A DNA stretch of 32,411 nucleotides from positions 1-32,411 of the forward strand of contig JAHHIK010000096.1 of assembly GCA_019358935.1 (NCBI GenBank), read 5' to 3'. A program made the position numbers and the translations under genes. Below the pieces are notes generated by a model. It was given only the letters and a program-made list of their open reading frames with translations. It made no database searches and had not been told where the DNA came from. Below, in pieces: positions 8,801-16,285 of the stretch (within the stretch, counting starts at the first letter, position 1; every line of letters begins with the position of its first letter). This stretch comes from Tolypothrix carrinoi HA7290-LM1 (lineage in GTDB: Bacteria; Cyanobacteriota; Cyanobacteriia; Cyanobacteriales; Nostocaceae).

Positions 8801-11800
8801 AAGAAAGTATCAAATTTTGTTTATGCTAGCTTCTCTCAAGAAATTATCAAGCAGGTAGAGACACTTCAATTTACTGATTTTACCCTTACAGGACACGACC
8901 GTACAAGTCAAATAATCAAATTAGAAAATCAAGTATTTCCTCAAGAAGTTAGATTTAACATCAGCGAACATAAAGACAGCAAAGGTAATACTGTACTCAG
9001 AGATGTAATCGAAGTAAAAATTCCTGAAACAGGAGAGTATGAAACCTTTGCTAACATCAATGCCACTGATGGTAAGCTCCCCATCGGTACAACCGCAACT
9101 GGTAGGATTGAAAGAGGGGAAGTGTATACAGCCACAATTACGACAAAAATACCTGGACTACCCCAATTAAATTTCCAAGTTAAAGAATTACAAAAATTTC
9201 AATGTAAAGACCAAACTTTTTCTGGAGAGCAAGTAAATTTAACCATCATCAAAGATAAGCTGGAACGGGAAGATTATGTTATCACCTTTAAAAACGGTAA
9301 TAAGGAAGAAAAATTAGGTACTCTTTCCAAAGAATCGATAAAAGTGGGAATAGAACAGGGCTGGCTAGCAGAAAAACCGGGTCAAAGTGGTCAAAAGTTA
9401 CAATTAGAAATCACAAGTATAGCTACAGGTGAAAATGCCTTCGCAATTGGTAAAACATCCAATGGCAATCTTGTCAGAATAGATATTAACGACAAGCTGA
9501 AAAATAGAGAATTTAAAGGACAAGAGATATCAGTAACAATTAAAGCTTACGATAAACAGGATGTATATACAGCCAAAATTGGTAATTTATCTCTTGGTAT
9601 TATCGGTCAATATACGGAAAAAGCATTTGGAAATAGAAGTAGGTATGGTCAAAATAAAAGTACAGTACAACAATTAGTAAATGCAGGTATAATTAACGAG
9701 AATAAAGTACAAACAACTATACCTGTTATTATTACCAGCAATGAAACTACCTGCAAACTAAGTATTGACCCTGAATCAGTACAATATCCTGAAACCTGGG
9801 TTAAGCGTTATCAACTAGTAGACCAACAAAAAGAAGTCAGCCTGGTAGAACAAAAAAATAATCAACTATTCGATAAAATTACCGAACGCCCTACTATAAT
9901 ATTCCAAAGTCAAGAGGATAAATTAGTAGGATTAGTTGGGCTGACCGTCGATAGTAAAAAAGCTGAATTTACTAAAAAGTATTTAGATCAAGTAGGAATA
10001 ACATACGACCAAGTTTCTAAGTCGCAAAGCCGACTGGAAGCTAAAAAGGGTATGACGGTATTCATGCTCGATGAAAGTACAATTAGCCCTGAAAGGAAAG
10101 AACAGTTTATAGAAAGATTTAGTGGTATCAAAAGTAATGATGCTCCACCACTACCTGCTCAAATTATTCCAGAACAAACTGTATATTTTAACAACCCCAA
10201 CCAACAATATACTCTAGAAGATAACTCACAAGTAATTAAAGAAAGTATTGGATTGGTAGTACCAGCCCAAGATGCCATTGCTGTCAATGACTGGTTGGAA
10301 TTTCAAGACAAAAACAATAATTACATTATTGATAAAGATAGTAACATAGCTATATTTATAATCGAAAATAATACAGATATCGGAGAATTACAAAAAGATT
10401 TAACTAATCTCTTAGGAGAAGCTATCAATATTGGTGAAGTAGATGGATTTGACCAATATGAACAATTGAGTAATAAGCTTAATCAAAGAGTAAAAGAACA
10501 AGGTAGTTTACTAAAAATTAACTCTACACTACAGCCGAGCGAATATAAACAGGCACTTCAATCACTCCCCAACCGTCCCAAAGAACTTGGTAGAGAAGAA
10601 ATATCTGTACCAATGACACCAGCAAAGCCAATTCAAGAGAAAAATACAGCCAACACAAAGTTAAGCATACTTTCTAAGCAAATATCACCAATTATTAAAA
10701 ATTTTGTTCAAGTAAACTCACCTACGGGAAATATAACTCAAGTAGTTGAACTATCAAAGTTAGGAAATTTTGACGAAGCTATATCTACACTAAATGACCA
10801 AGAAATAGAGTGGATAGCCAAAAAGCTTAATAGTGATATTCCTGACCGAAATAGCCAGGATAATTGGTTTGCTTTCACCGAAAATGCTGCTGAAGAAATT
10901 ACAATTTTAGAAGCTGCAACTCAAGAATATTTATCCCCTATTAGTGAAAATATTAAAGATATTATTAGCCTAGAAAATAAAGCTAACGCAGAAAATAATC
11001 AATCTTTTCTTGATGAAGTTACTACTCGTAAACAAGCCGAAGTAGAGAAATACGGACAGGAAATATATAACGAACTCGAAACCAAGGCAAGATTAGCACT
11101 TAAGCCCGAACAGTCTCCCAAAAACCTCCCCGAAGCAGTTATATCAATTGGTAGTGTTGCACCCCGCACCACCTCTTCCGGTATTGCAACTGCTGTAATT
11201 ACCAAACATAACCAACAAGTACAGCTAACTCAGATTCTCGCCAAACTTGAAACCACTACTGTCCAAACTGCATATAGTGGAGACAGCGATCGCGCAGAAT
11301 ATCAAAGTCTCATAAATGGACTAACCGAAGCTTCCAGCACTGGCTACAAATCCATCCGCATTGAAAGTAGCAACAACAAGTTTCTTGAAAACTTCCAAGC
11401 TGACTGTCCGCGTCAAGACCTCAAACCACTCCATGAACAAGCTAAAACACTCCTACAAAAATTCAATAAACACGAACTTAGCTGGCAGCACAGCCAAATC
11501 AATCCTGCTTACCAACTTGCCAGGACAACTGCCCATAAACTAGCAACCACGCAACTGGGTGGCACTCAACAACCGCAACTGTCCGCAAGCAACCCACCGA
11601 CTCAAAACCATCCAGGCAATACAACCACTGCAATATCCCTACCCAATTCACGCGAAGCTGACCAAACCAAAGCTATTGAAATTATAGGCAAAGTCAGCTC
11701 TGAAAAAGTAGAGCAACTGCGATCGCACCTCGAAACCCACGTCATAGCAGTACTTGAAACTGATAAATCCAATTATGCCCCCGGACGGCAAGTAGCATGG

Positions 11801-14800
11801 GTCGGTGCCAAGTGGGATTTAAAAGACAAAGATTTTAAGCCAGGAGTACAGGACGATAAGTTAATGGAACTTGTTAAACAAGTATACCCCGATGCAGATA
11901 TAGTGCTGGTAACTTACTCGGAGAACCCTGGCGCTGGCATCAACTACCACCGCGACGACTCCTACACGGCGACGGAAGCTCGCAGTATCAATATCGGAAA
12001 TTCTGATTGGGGGTATCGCGCTGCTAAAGAACGAATGGCATGGACTAAAGAGGAGAATAAGGACGCACCGTACCAAGAGTTTAAACTTGAGTCGGGTACT
12101 GTAACCCGCTTTAACTGCAAGAATGAACACGCTGCCCTCAATACTGAGGCTGGCAGGTGGTCTATCAACATCTGGTCAATTAAAAATGACCTGGGCAGAG
12201 AAAACAGCGTTCGCCAGAAATTTGAAAACTTCCTTGCCTCAAACCAACCTCCTCGTGCGGTAGTCCAAAGCAACAGCGACCTTACCATCAAAATTAACGA
12301 GTGGACACCAGGGGGAGAAATTAAAGTAGAACGCAGCTATACCAGCCTCAAAGAAGCTACCAGAAACACTCCCTCACACCCTTCAAACCAACCAACTGTC
12401 GAAGAAATTATCACCATCGGGAATTCCACTGCGGCACGGGCTGCTAACCCCCAGATTCCAGATAACCCTACTATATCTGGAAAACCAGTACCAATGATTT
12501 ATTCGCTGCATATGCATGGCGAACCTGACAAAGTACCAGTTGATACAACCATCGATGCCATGCGCGGACACGGTAGGATACACACAACCAGGGGTGTAGA
12601 CTACCAGAAAACTTATGGCATAAAAGAGGGAGATATTGCGATCGCCTACGGCGGGGCTTCTCTCCGAGACGCTACGCGAACGCCCATCGCAGTTGGTGGG
12701 AAAGGCGAAAAAGTCGCTTTTCGGGTAGGTAGACAATATGAAATTACCCCTCAACTGATTCAAAATCCAGCTTACCAGCAAGCTTGGGCGAAATGGGAAA
12801 AACATTCACATAAAGAACTTACCCAAACCCAGGCAAGTAAAAGTAAACTATACGGCTTGTTCATGGAACCCCTTGGGGATTACGCCAACGGCAAGATTGT
12901 TCCGTTTCCACCCGTCCAAAAGCAAACTCCCACATCTGTTAATATCAGTCCTGACTCCAAAGACGGATTAGGAGCAGCACTCAGCCTAGCCACTGCACTT
13001 GCCAAACAAGAAGGCAAACTGCAAAACGATTATCAAGTTTCAGTCAATAACAACCCAGAGGCAGCAGATGGACAGTATGGTAGCGAAAACCATACGGCTA
13101 AGGTAGAAGGTGCAGCATACAAGTCTGCCGAACACGCCTTTCATCACCAAAAACAATTAAATCCCTCCGCTGACGATTATCAAATAATGGTGAGTGTACT
13201 TCAAGCCAAACTCAAACAACACCCCCGACTGACAAATGAAATAACCAAGCGCGGGGGGGTAGAGTGGCTCGAAAACTGCACGGCAGTTGCTACAACGGGG
13301 GGAACCCCCGCAACGCACTGCCTCACCAATGTTACCAACGCCCAAGACCAGCAGTGGGAAGGTAAGGGCAAAGAATCAGCATTTATTCGCGCCCTCACTG
13401 AGGCATATACCAATGTAGTAGAAAAGAATAATGAAACCGATATAGCACCTATTTCTGAAACAGCAGCTAAAAACAACCCGCTTGCCAACCTACAACCCAT
13501 AAATCCAGCCGTAGCCGAACACATGAAGAAAGACATTGCTATGGCTGAAATAGCGACACAGTTTATTGGTAAGTCAGCCGCACCTTTGGAAATACCTTCT
13601 AGTACACGCAATTATGAACAAGCTTGGGGCGATCGCGCAAATACGGGTAATTATTCTGCCAGTGACGTAATTATGGTTTCAGGTTCTGGTTCCTGGCGTG
13701 GAGTAACAAACGAGCAGATAAAACAGACATTTGAAAAAGAATACGTTCCTCTACTTAATGCTGCAATCGAGGCTAAAAGCTCGTTTGTAGTAGGTAATGC
13801 CAAAGGCACTGACCAGTTGGTCCAAAATTATCTGACAGAACGCGGCTACCAAGTAAAACTAAGTAATGTTGGCGCAGCCTTTCGTAGAGAAGGATACGCA
13901 AAACTATATTTCACTGAGAATATTAAAGACACAAACGAAGCTAGTACTTCCCCAGAAAACACAACCACAACAAGTGAGATACCAAGCGATGCTGTCACAC
14001 AACAGAAAACTTCTAAAAGCACCAAAAACCAGACTTCTCTAATTAATACTAAACCAGAACAGACTGATACGGGCAAAACCAACAGTACAGAAAATTTACT
14101 CACACAAGTGCCTCAATTTGCCCCTGGCATCAACCTCAATTCCCGCAGTCCAGATCCACTAGGTGCTGTACTTACCAGTACAACCGTAAAATCCAAAGAG
14201 GTTGGAGCTATTGTCAATGATTACCCAGTCTCTTTCCGTGATAACCAGGAAATGCCCGCTGGAATATACGGTCCTGAAACTTACACCAAATCCAAGCCAG
14301 CAGGACAGCCCTTTCTGTCAGTCGAACAAGCTTTTTACGCATACAAGGAAACAGTACCCCTCAAAGAGCCAAGGGTACAGTTAATGGCTGAAATCCTCCA
14401 AGCAAGGTTTGAGCAACACCCAAAACTCATGGAAGCTGTAACTGAAAGAGGAGGAGCCGAATGGCTGAAACAGTGCAGCTATCTGGTGTCAAACAAAGAG
14501 AAAAATTTCTGGGAAGGAAAAGGATTACAATCACCCTACATCCGCGCACTCACCCAAGGATACACCAAAGCGCTAGAAAATTCTAATTCACGGGCAACGG
14601 AGAATCAAACAGCATCTATCATACAGCCTACGCCCAGTCAAGAACCATTACCGGAACCACAAACAAGGTTCTCGGCAACCACTTTTCCTAAAAATCCACG
14701 AAGTATAAGTACGGACATTCAGCAAGCTCTATCACAAACACAAACTAATAGCCAAACAAATTCATTAGACAAAACTCTCGATAACATCAAACAAAGTACA

Positions 14801-15259
14801 GTTCAAAATCTCCAAAATTGGTATGAAGCAGCCCAAAAATTGGGGAGATCAGAGAAATATCTAAACCGAATTCAAGAAGTAACTGCACAGTATATAAATG
14901 ATAGCAGTTACAGTTTGGAAAATGCTTTCAAAGCAATGTCACGCGATGTTAATCAATTACAACAAATTAATGAAATGACAAAACTTGCCCAAAGTGTTGT
15001 TAAAGTGTTGGGCAAAGAAGATATAAACGGTATAATGAGTATTAAAACTGAAAGCTATAAAAATTATCAAATAGCAACAAAAGCCCAAGAGGAAACTTAT
15101 GTAATTAAAGACAAGGATAACAATGTATTACTATACTTGAGAGAAGGTAAAATCAAAGTTAATAAGCTCAATCAAGAAGTTGTAGATGACTTTAGATTTA
15201 TGAACTTCCGAATTGAACATAGTCTTCAAAATATTAGAAGAGAACTTGTAGAAAGGTAA
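5816..15259 (+). CDS. 3147-aa polyvalent protein: RdRP/YonO-like two-barrel RNA polymerase + RNase H-like + 2OG-Fe(II) dioxygenase + ASCH-like + 2x NADAR-like + SLOG-like
   Basis: Uninterrupted 9.4-kb ORF. Domain motifs were recognised by eye; see the sub-features. Confidence 0.85.
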   Translation: MVIEARHFDTRLNQWIHTDNNPDNPDSLLKEELKNSLLEHFLPGVNFSFGHMDEKATDTQLKNHPEGHKLLLSSKSRLLYGPEESLETISKLCPDNKDRGAYGSIFLGSCKNAISGELNILIVDDTTGENGGIINNNQAYRLVGDCYGQISTELYHQLTGHQEGDQYRVIQHRFGWTDKDRNDDKFRFGKGTVRPANLDQILNYQEPNQPKIDLVIPLSAFKGTDKDNPSGPTKPQIKPGLYRQNMWLGEKSQSELGKTAISQMIASFPSGLKDFGEQVELEAAKLKEALDDPRKIAQLYCEKYEKRKAFLEQQAAELEEEAAVDPEVREELETLRERVATDTSIYKLIKTDLEGSGQLLETEKIQRELARFVQGEWQDISVGKTLTFERAMVIPSKDLQNGEICIPHYQDGEEVLNFRSPFLNSNGLCVSTNKVVDDVLGPNGKPLAGVIAVSDETSDRIYNRLNEQIKSILPEAQGKNIPLEGIENYLDQNIDKLETKDKIEFSKKFNQYISELQSGGYELEILPQESEQERQARDYDGDCIGFDHASKYPNLTAEASWRNLPENAYDPTVKLKKQSFYREDGSQPEFEEIAIHMSDGISVGTINNHLTSIEALESEVTILKIFGSEKDQVGYVLQVAKHYEDLFKTEAWAKSKGIEGKEVPEKYRSYIEEFVQAAGQEPQNQANALKAMNINTRMYREMIAEAAFQNQIAVDLFKSAKKPDMEIIRNNSGILHREVNYIKDKKKDVYVENTIQPTGYSPVEILISKTNQYFEKARLESRELAQFSNLFKEVEFTHDQRLQATLAKKEFDKEFNNATRYTQRKKVEKGPSATVDIGGGKKLDITNLLKSDHPLVWNAQKITLKLSEIAPEKRSKDKPHKYRVVAQINDETENGKPKFRTLGTVSKEQENSLEELGIVPDQEITSTKIFFQPELSEGQIKLMYLHAYQIAENFYNSIPEDQKLAMAAASWAVSTTREGSNSKNQNQVEQEVERQKKVSNFVYASFSQEIIKQVETLQFTDFTLTGHDRTSQIIKLENQVFPQEVRFNISEHKDSKGNTVLRDVIEVKIPETGEYETFANINATDGKLPIGTTATGRIERGEVYTATITTKIPGLPQLNFQVKELQKFQCKDQTFSGEQVNLTIIKDKLEREDYVITFKNGNKEEKLGTLSKESIKVGIEQGWLAEKPGQSGQKLQLEITSIATGENAFAIGKTSNGNLVRIDINDKLKNREFKGQEISVTIKAYDKQDVYTAKIGNLSLGIIGQYTEKAFGNRSRYGQNKSTVQQLVNAGIINENKVQTTIPVIITSNETTCKLSIDPESVQYPETWVKRYQLVDQQKEVSLVEQKNNQLFDKITERPTIIFQSQEDKLVGLVGLTVDSKKAEFTKKYLDQVGITYDQVSKSQSRLEAKKGMTVFMLDESTISPERKEQFIERFSGIKSNDAPPLPAQIIPEQTVYFNNPNQQYTLEDNSQVIKESIGLVVPAQDAIAVNDWLEFQDKNNNYIIDKDSNIAIFIIENNTDIGELQKDLTNLLGEAINIGEVDGFDQYEQLSNKLNQRVKEQGSLLKINSTLQPSEYKQALQSLPNRPKELGREEISVPMTPAKPIQEKNTANTKLSILSKQISPIIKNFVQVNSPTGNITQVVELSKLGNFDEAISTLNDQEIEWIAKKLNSDIPDRNSQDNWFAFTENAAEEITILEAATQEYLSPISENIKDIISLENKANAENNQSFLDEVTTRKQAEVEKYGQEIYNELETKARLALKPEQSPKNLPEAVISIGSVAPRTTSSGIATAVITKHNQQVQLTQILAKLETTTVQTAYSGDSDRAEYQSLINGLTEASSTGYKSIRIESSNNKFLENFQADCPRQDLKPLHEQAKTLLQKFNKHELSWQHSQINPAYQLARTTAHKLATTQLGGTQQPQLSASNPPTQNHPGNTTTAISLPNSREADQTKAIEIIGKVSSEKVEQLRSHLETHVIAVLETDKSNYAPGRQVAWVGAKWDLKDKDFKPGVQDDKLMELVKQVYPDADIVLVTYSENPGAGINYHRDDSYTATEARSINIGNSDWGYRAAKERMAWTKEENKDAPYQEFKLESGTVTRFNCKNEHAALNTEAGRWSINIWSIKNDLGRENSVRQKFENFLASNQPPRAVVQSNSDLTIKINEWTPGGEIKVERSYTSLKEATRNTPSHPSNQPTVEEIITIGNSTAARAANPQIPDNPTISGKPVPMIYSLHMHGEPDKVPVDTTIDAMRGHGRIHTTRGVDYQKTYGIKEGDIAIAYGGASLRDATRTPIAVGGKGEKVAFRVGRQYEITPQLIQNPAYQQAWAKWEKHSHKELTQTQASKSKLYGLFMEPLGDYANGKIVPFPPVQKQTPTSVNISPDSKDGLGAALSLATALAKQEGKLQNDYQVSVNNNPEAADGQYGSENHTAKVEGAAYKSAEHAFHHQKQLNPSADDYQIMVSVLQAKLKQHPRLTNEITKRGGVEWLENCTAVATTGGTPATHCLTNVTNAQDQQWEGKGKESAFIRALTEAYTNVVEKNNETDIAPISETAAKNNPLANLQPINPAVAEHMKKDIAMAEIATQFIGKSAAPLEIPSSTRNYEQAWGDRANTGNYSASDVIMVSGSGSWRGVTNEQIKQTFEKEYVPLLNAAIEAKSSFVVGNAKGTDQLVQNYLTERGYQVKLSNVGAAFRREGYAKLYFTENIKDTNEASTSPENTTTTSEIPSDAVTQQKTSKSTKNQTSLINTKPEQTDTGKTNSTENLLTQVPQFAPGINLNSRSPDPLGAVLTSTTVKSKEVGAIVNDYPVSFRDNQEMPAGIYGPETYTKSKPAGQPFLSVEQAFYAYKETVPLKEPRVQLMAEILQARFEQHPKLMEAVTERGGAEWLKQCSYLVSNKEKNFWEGKGLQSPYIRALTQGYTKALENSNSRATENQTASIIQPTPSQEPLPEPQTRFSATTFPKNPRSISTDIQQALSQTQTNSQTNSLDKTLDNIKQSTVQNLQNWYEAAQKLGRSEKYLNRIQEVTAQYINDSSYSLENAFKAMSRDVNQLQQINEMTKLAQSVVKVLGKEDINGIMSIKTESYKNYQIATKAQEETYVIKDKDNNVLLYLREGKIKVNKLNQEVVDDFRFMNFRIEHSLQNIRRELVER
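6150..8150 (+). other. Domain: single-chain double-psi beta-barrel RNA polymerase (cellular RdRP/QDE-1/YonO-like)
   Basis: Motifs occur in the RdRP order: GDCYGQIS (D145), QHRFG..FGKGT (Q171, K190), FRSPFL (R419), ARDYDGD (D538/D540/D542; nt 7427-7441), GTINNH (G604), AVDLFKS (D715). Confidence 0.82.
11135..11540 (+). other. Domain: RNase HI-like fold, probably catalytically inactive
   Basis: DRAEYQSLINGLTEASSTGYKSIRIESSN...LKPLHEQAKTLLQKF...SWQHSQINPAYQLA follows the RNase HI pattern. The expected acidic residues of the DG, DS and AD.LA motifs are replaced. Confidence 0.7.
11670..12190 (+). other. Domain: AlkB-like 2-oxoglutarate/Fe(II) dioxygenase
   Basis: PGRQVAW..., GINYHRD (H2045, D2047), SINIG, LESGTV, NEHAA (H2105) and GRWSINIW (R2114) form the HxD...H...R signature. 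Confidence 0.8.
12470..12910 (+). other. Domain: ASCH/PUA-like
   Basis: TTIDAMRGHGRIHTTR...IKEGDIAIA...KVAFRV resembles the ASCH G.K/R..T.R...GD pattern. Confidence 0.6.
12641..12685. repeat. Nested small dispersed repeats (24 + 21 nt) inserted in frame at a HIP1 site
   Basis: GCG|ATCGCCTACGGCGGGGCTTC[TCTCCGAGACGCTACGCGAAC]GCCC|ATCGC: 45 nt, or 15 codons, GC-rich in an AT-rich gene. Confidence 0.75.
12935..13410 (+). other. Domain: NADAR/YbiA-like, copy 1
   Basis: YKSAEHAFHHQK...MVSVLQAKLKQHPRL...GGVEWLENC...QWEGKGKESAFIRALTEAY. Confidence 0.7.
13282..13323. repeat. 42-nt hairpin-forming Nostoc-type dispersed repeat, in frame
   Basis: GGCAGTTGCTACAACGGGGGGAACCCCCGCAACGCACTGCC. NADAR copy 1 is exactly 14 aa longer than copy 2 between the conserved C and W at this point. 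Confidence 0.8.
13500..13910 (+). other. Domain: SLOG (SMF/DprA/LOG/YspA)-like Rossmannoid, possibly circularly permuted
   Basis: IMVSGSG...FVVGNAKGTDQLVQNYL matches the SLOG G.A.G.D loop. A KDIAMAEIATQFIG segment precedes it rather than following it. Confidence 0.5.
13868..13888. repeat. 21-nt small dispersed repeat, in frame (VGAAFRR)
   Basis: GTTGGCGCAGCCTTTCGTAGA followed by GAAG. It resembles the reverse complement of the 12661-12681 element (GTTCGCGTAGCGTCTCGGAGA), which is also followed by GAAG. Confidence 0.65.
14120..14580 (+). other. Domain: NADAR/YbiA-like, copy 2
   Basis: FLSVEQAFYAYK...MAEILQARFEQHPKL...GGAEWLKQC...FWEGKGLQSPYIRALTQGY; collinear with copy 1. Confidence 0.72.
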
Positions 15260-15264
15260 ATAAT

Positions 15265-15993
15265 ATGAGGAATATGACAGAAGCAATGCGTTATGCCAAT
15301 CTTCAAGAAGATATAACTAGGTTAGGTATAACTGATGAAAGTGTTGCTAAAAAAGCGCAAGAAATTGCAGTAGTTACATCATCAGACAAAGAGAAAGCTA
15401 AAGAAGCACTTTTTGAAAGGGCAAGTACAATGCACGAAGAAAAAGTGGCACTCTCCCAAGTCAGCATTGAAGGTGTAGAACCAATCAATTTTCCAAGTTT
15501 TGAAATTAACAAGCAAGATAAAATTCAGAGTACAATTACTGACGTAGAAAACCTCACATCCAGCGCTGATAAAAAAGATGATGATAAAAATAGTAAAAAT
15601 GAAGTATCCGTTGAAAATAAACAAGTAGCAATTGCAAAAACTTCAGATGTACAACAGGTAATAATTCCTAAGTTATTAGAGGTATTAAGCAATAAAGGTG
15701 AGCAAGAAAATGGCTCAGTTGTTTACCAAGGTGAAAAATACACAGCTAGCATCAAACTCGAAGAAGATTCAAATATACTCTCCCTGGACAGAAATTTAGA
15801 TTTAGAAAATAGAAAAGCGCTGGTAGCTTCCAAAAATAATGATGAGCCTAGCTATATTATCGTAGTCAACAACATTAGCCAAGAAGAATTTGAGCGGTTT
15901 AAGTTACTATTTAATGAAGAACAAAACCGCTACAGCCACCAACAAGCTCAACAATCGACTAATTCAAAATCTAACGATAATGAGATTGGGTAA
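15265..15993 (+). CDS. Hypothetical acidic protein, co-oriented 5 bp after the giant gene
   Basis: 242-aa ORF with operon-like spacing. Its C-terminal part resembles the C-termini of the relaxase and the giant protein. Confidence 0.8.
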   Translation: MRNMTEAMRYANLQEDITRLGITDESVAKKAQEIAVVTSSDKEKAKEALFERASTMHEEKVALSQVSIEGVEPINFPSFEINKQDKIQSTITDVENLTSSADKKDDDKNSKNEVSVENKQVAIAKTSDVQQVIIPKLLEVLSNKGEQENGSVVYQGEKYTASIKLEEDSNILSLDRNLDLENRKALVASKNNDEPSYIIVVNNISQEEFERFKLLFNEEQNRYSHQQAQQSTNSKSNDNEIG

Positions 15994-15997
15994 TTAA

Positions 15998-16255
15998 TCA
16001 AAGTATTCCTATCAAGATACCGACAAAAAATCCACAAGCGATGAATATATACCTATTCGGTATCTTGTTTTTAGGGAAAGTAATTCCAGCCATACCAATA
16101 CAATAAGCAACTCGCAAATAATCAGCGTTATTTAGCTGATTTGTAAAAATATTATAGATAAAAATTAATGATTGAAGACTAAAGCCACAAAAAAATAGCC
16201 AGCCGATATCAAATCGATTGGATAAATTCACGATACTATCAATAATCCGATCCAA
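15998..16255 (-). CDS. Small hydrophobic membrane protein
   Basis: 85 aa with about three hydrophobic segments; co-oriented directly downstream of the kinase. Confidence 0.5.
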   Translation of the reverse strand: MDRIIDSIVNLSNRFDIGWLFFCGFSLQSLIFIYNIFTNQLNNADYLRVAYCIGMAGITFPKNKIPNRYIFIACGFFVGILIGIL

Positions 16256-16285
16256 CCACGTATTTTTTTTTGAGGGTTTTCCATT

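Noticed and set aside
6544..15624. Short antisense and alternative-frame ORFs inside the giant gene and its neighbour
   Set aside because: They are shadow ORFs of long coding frames with no independent motifs.
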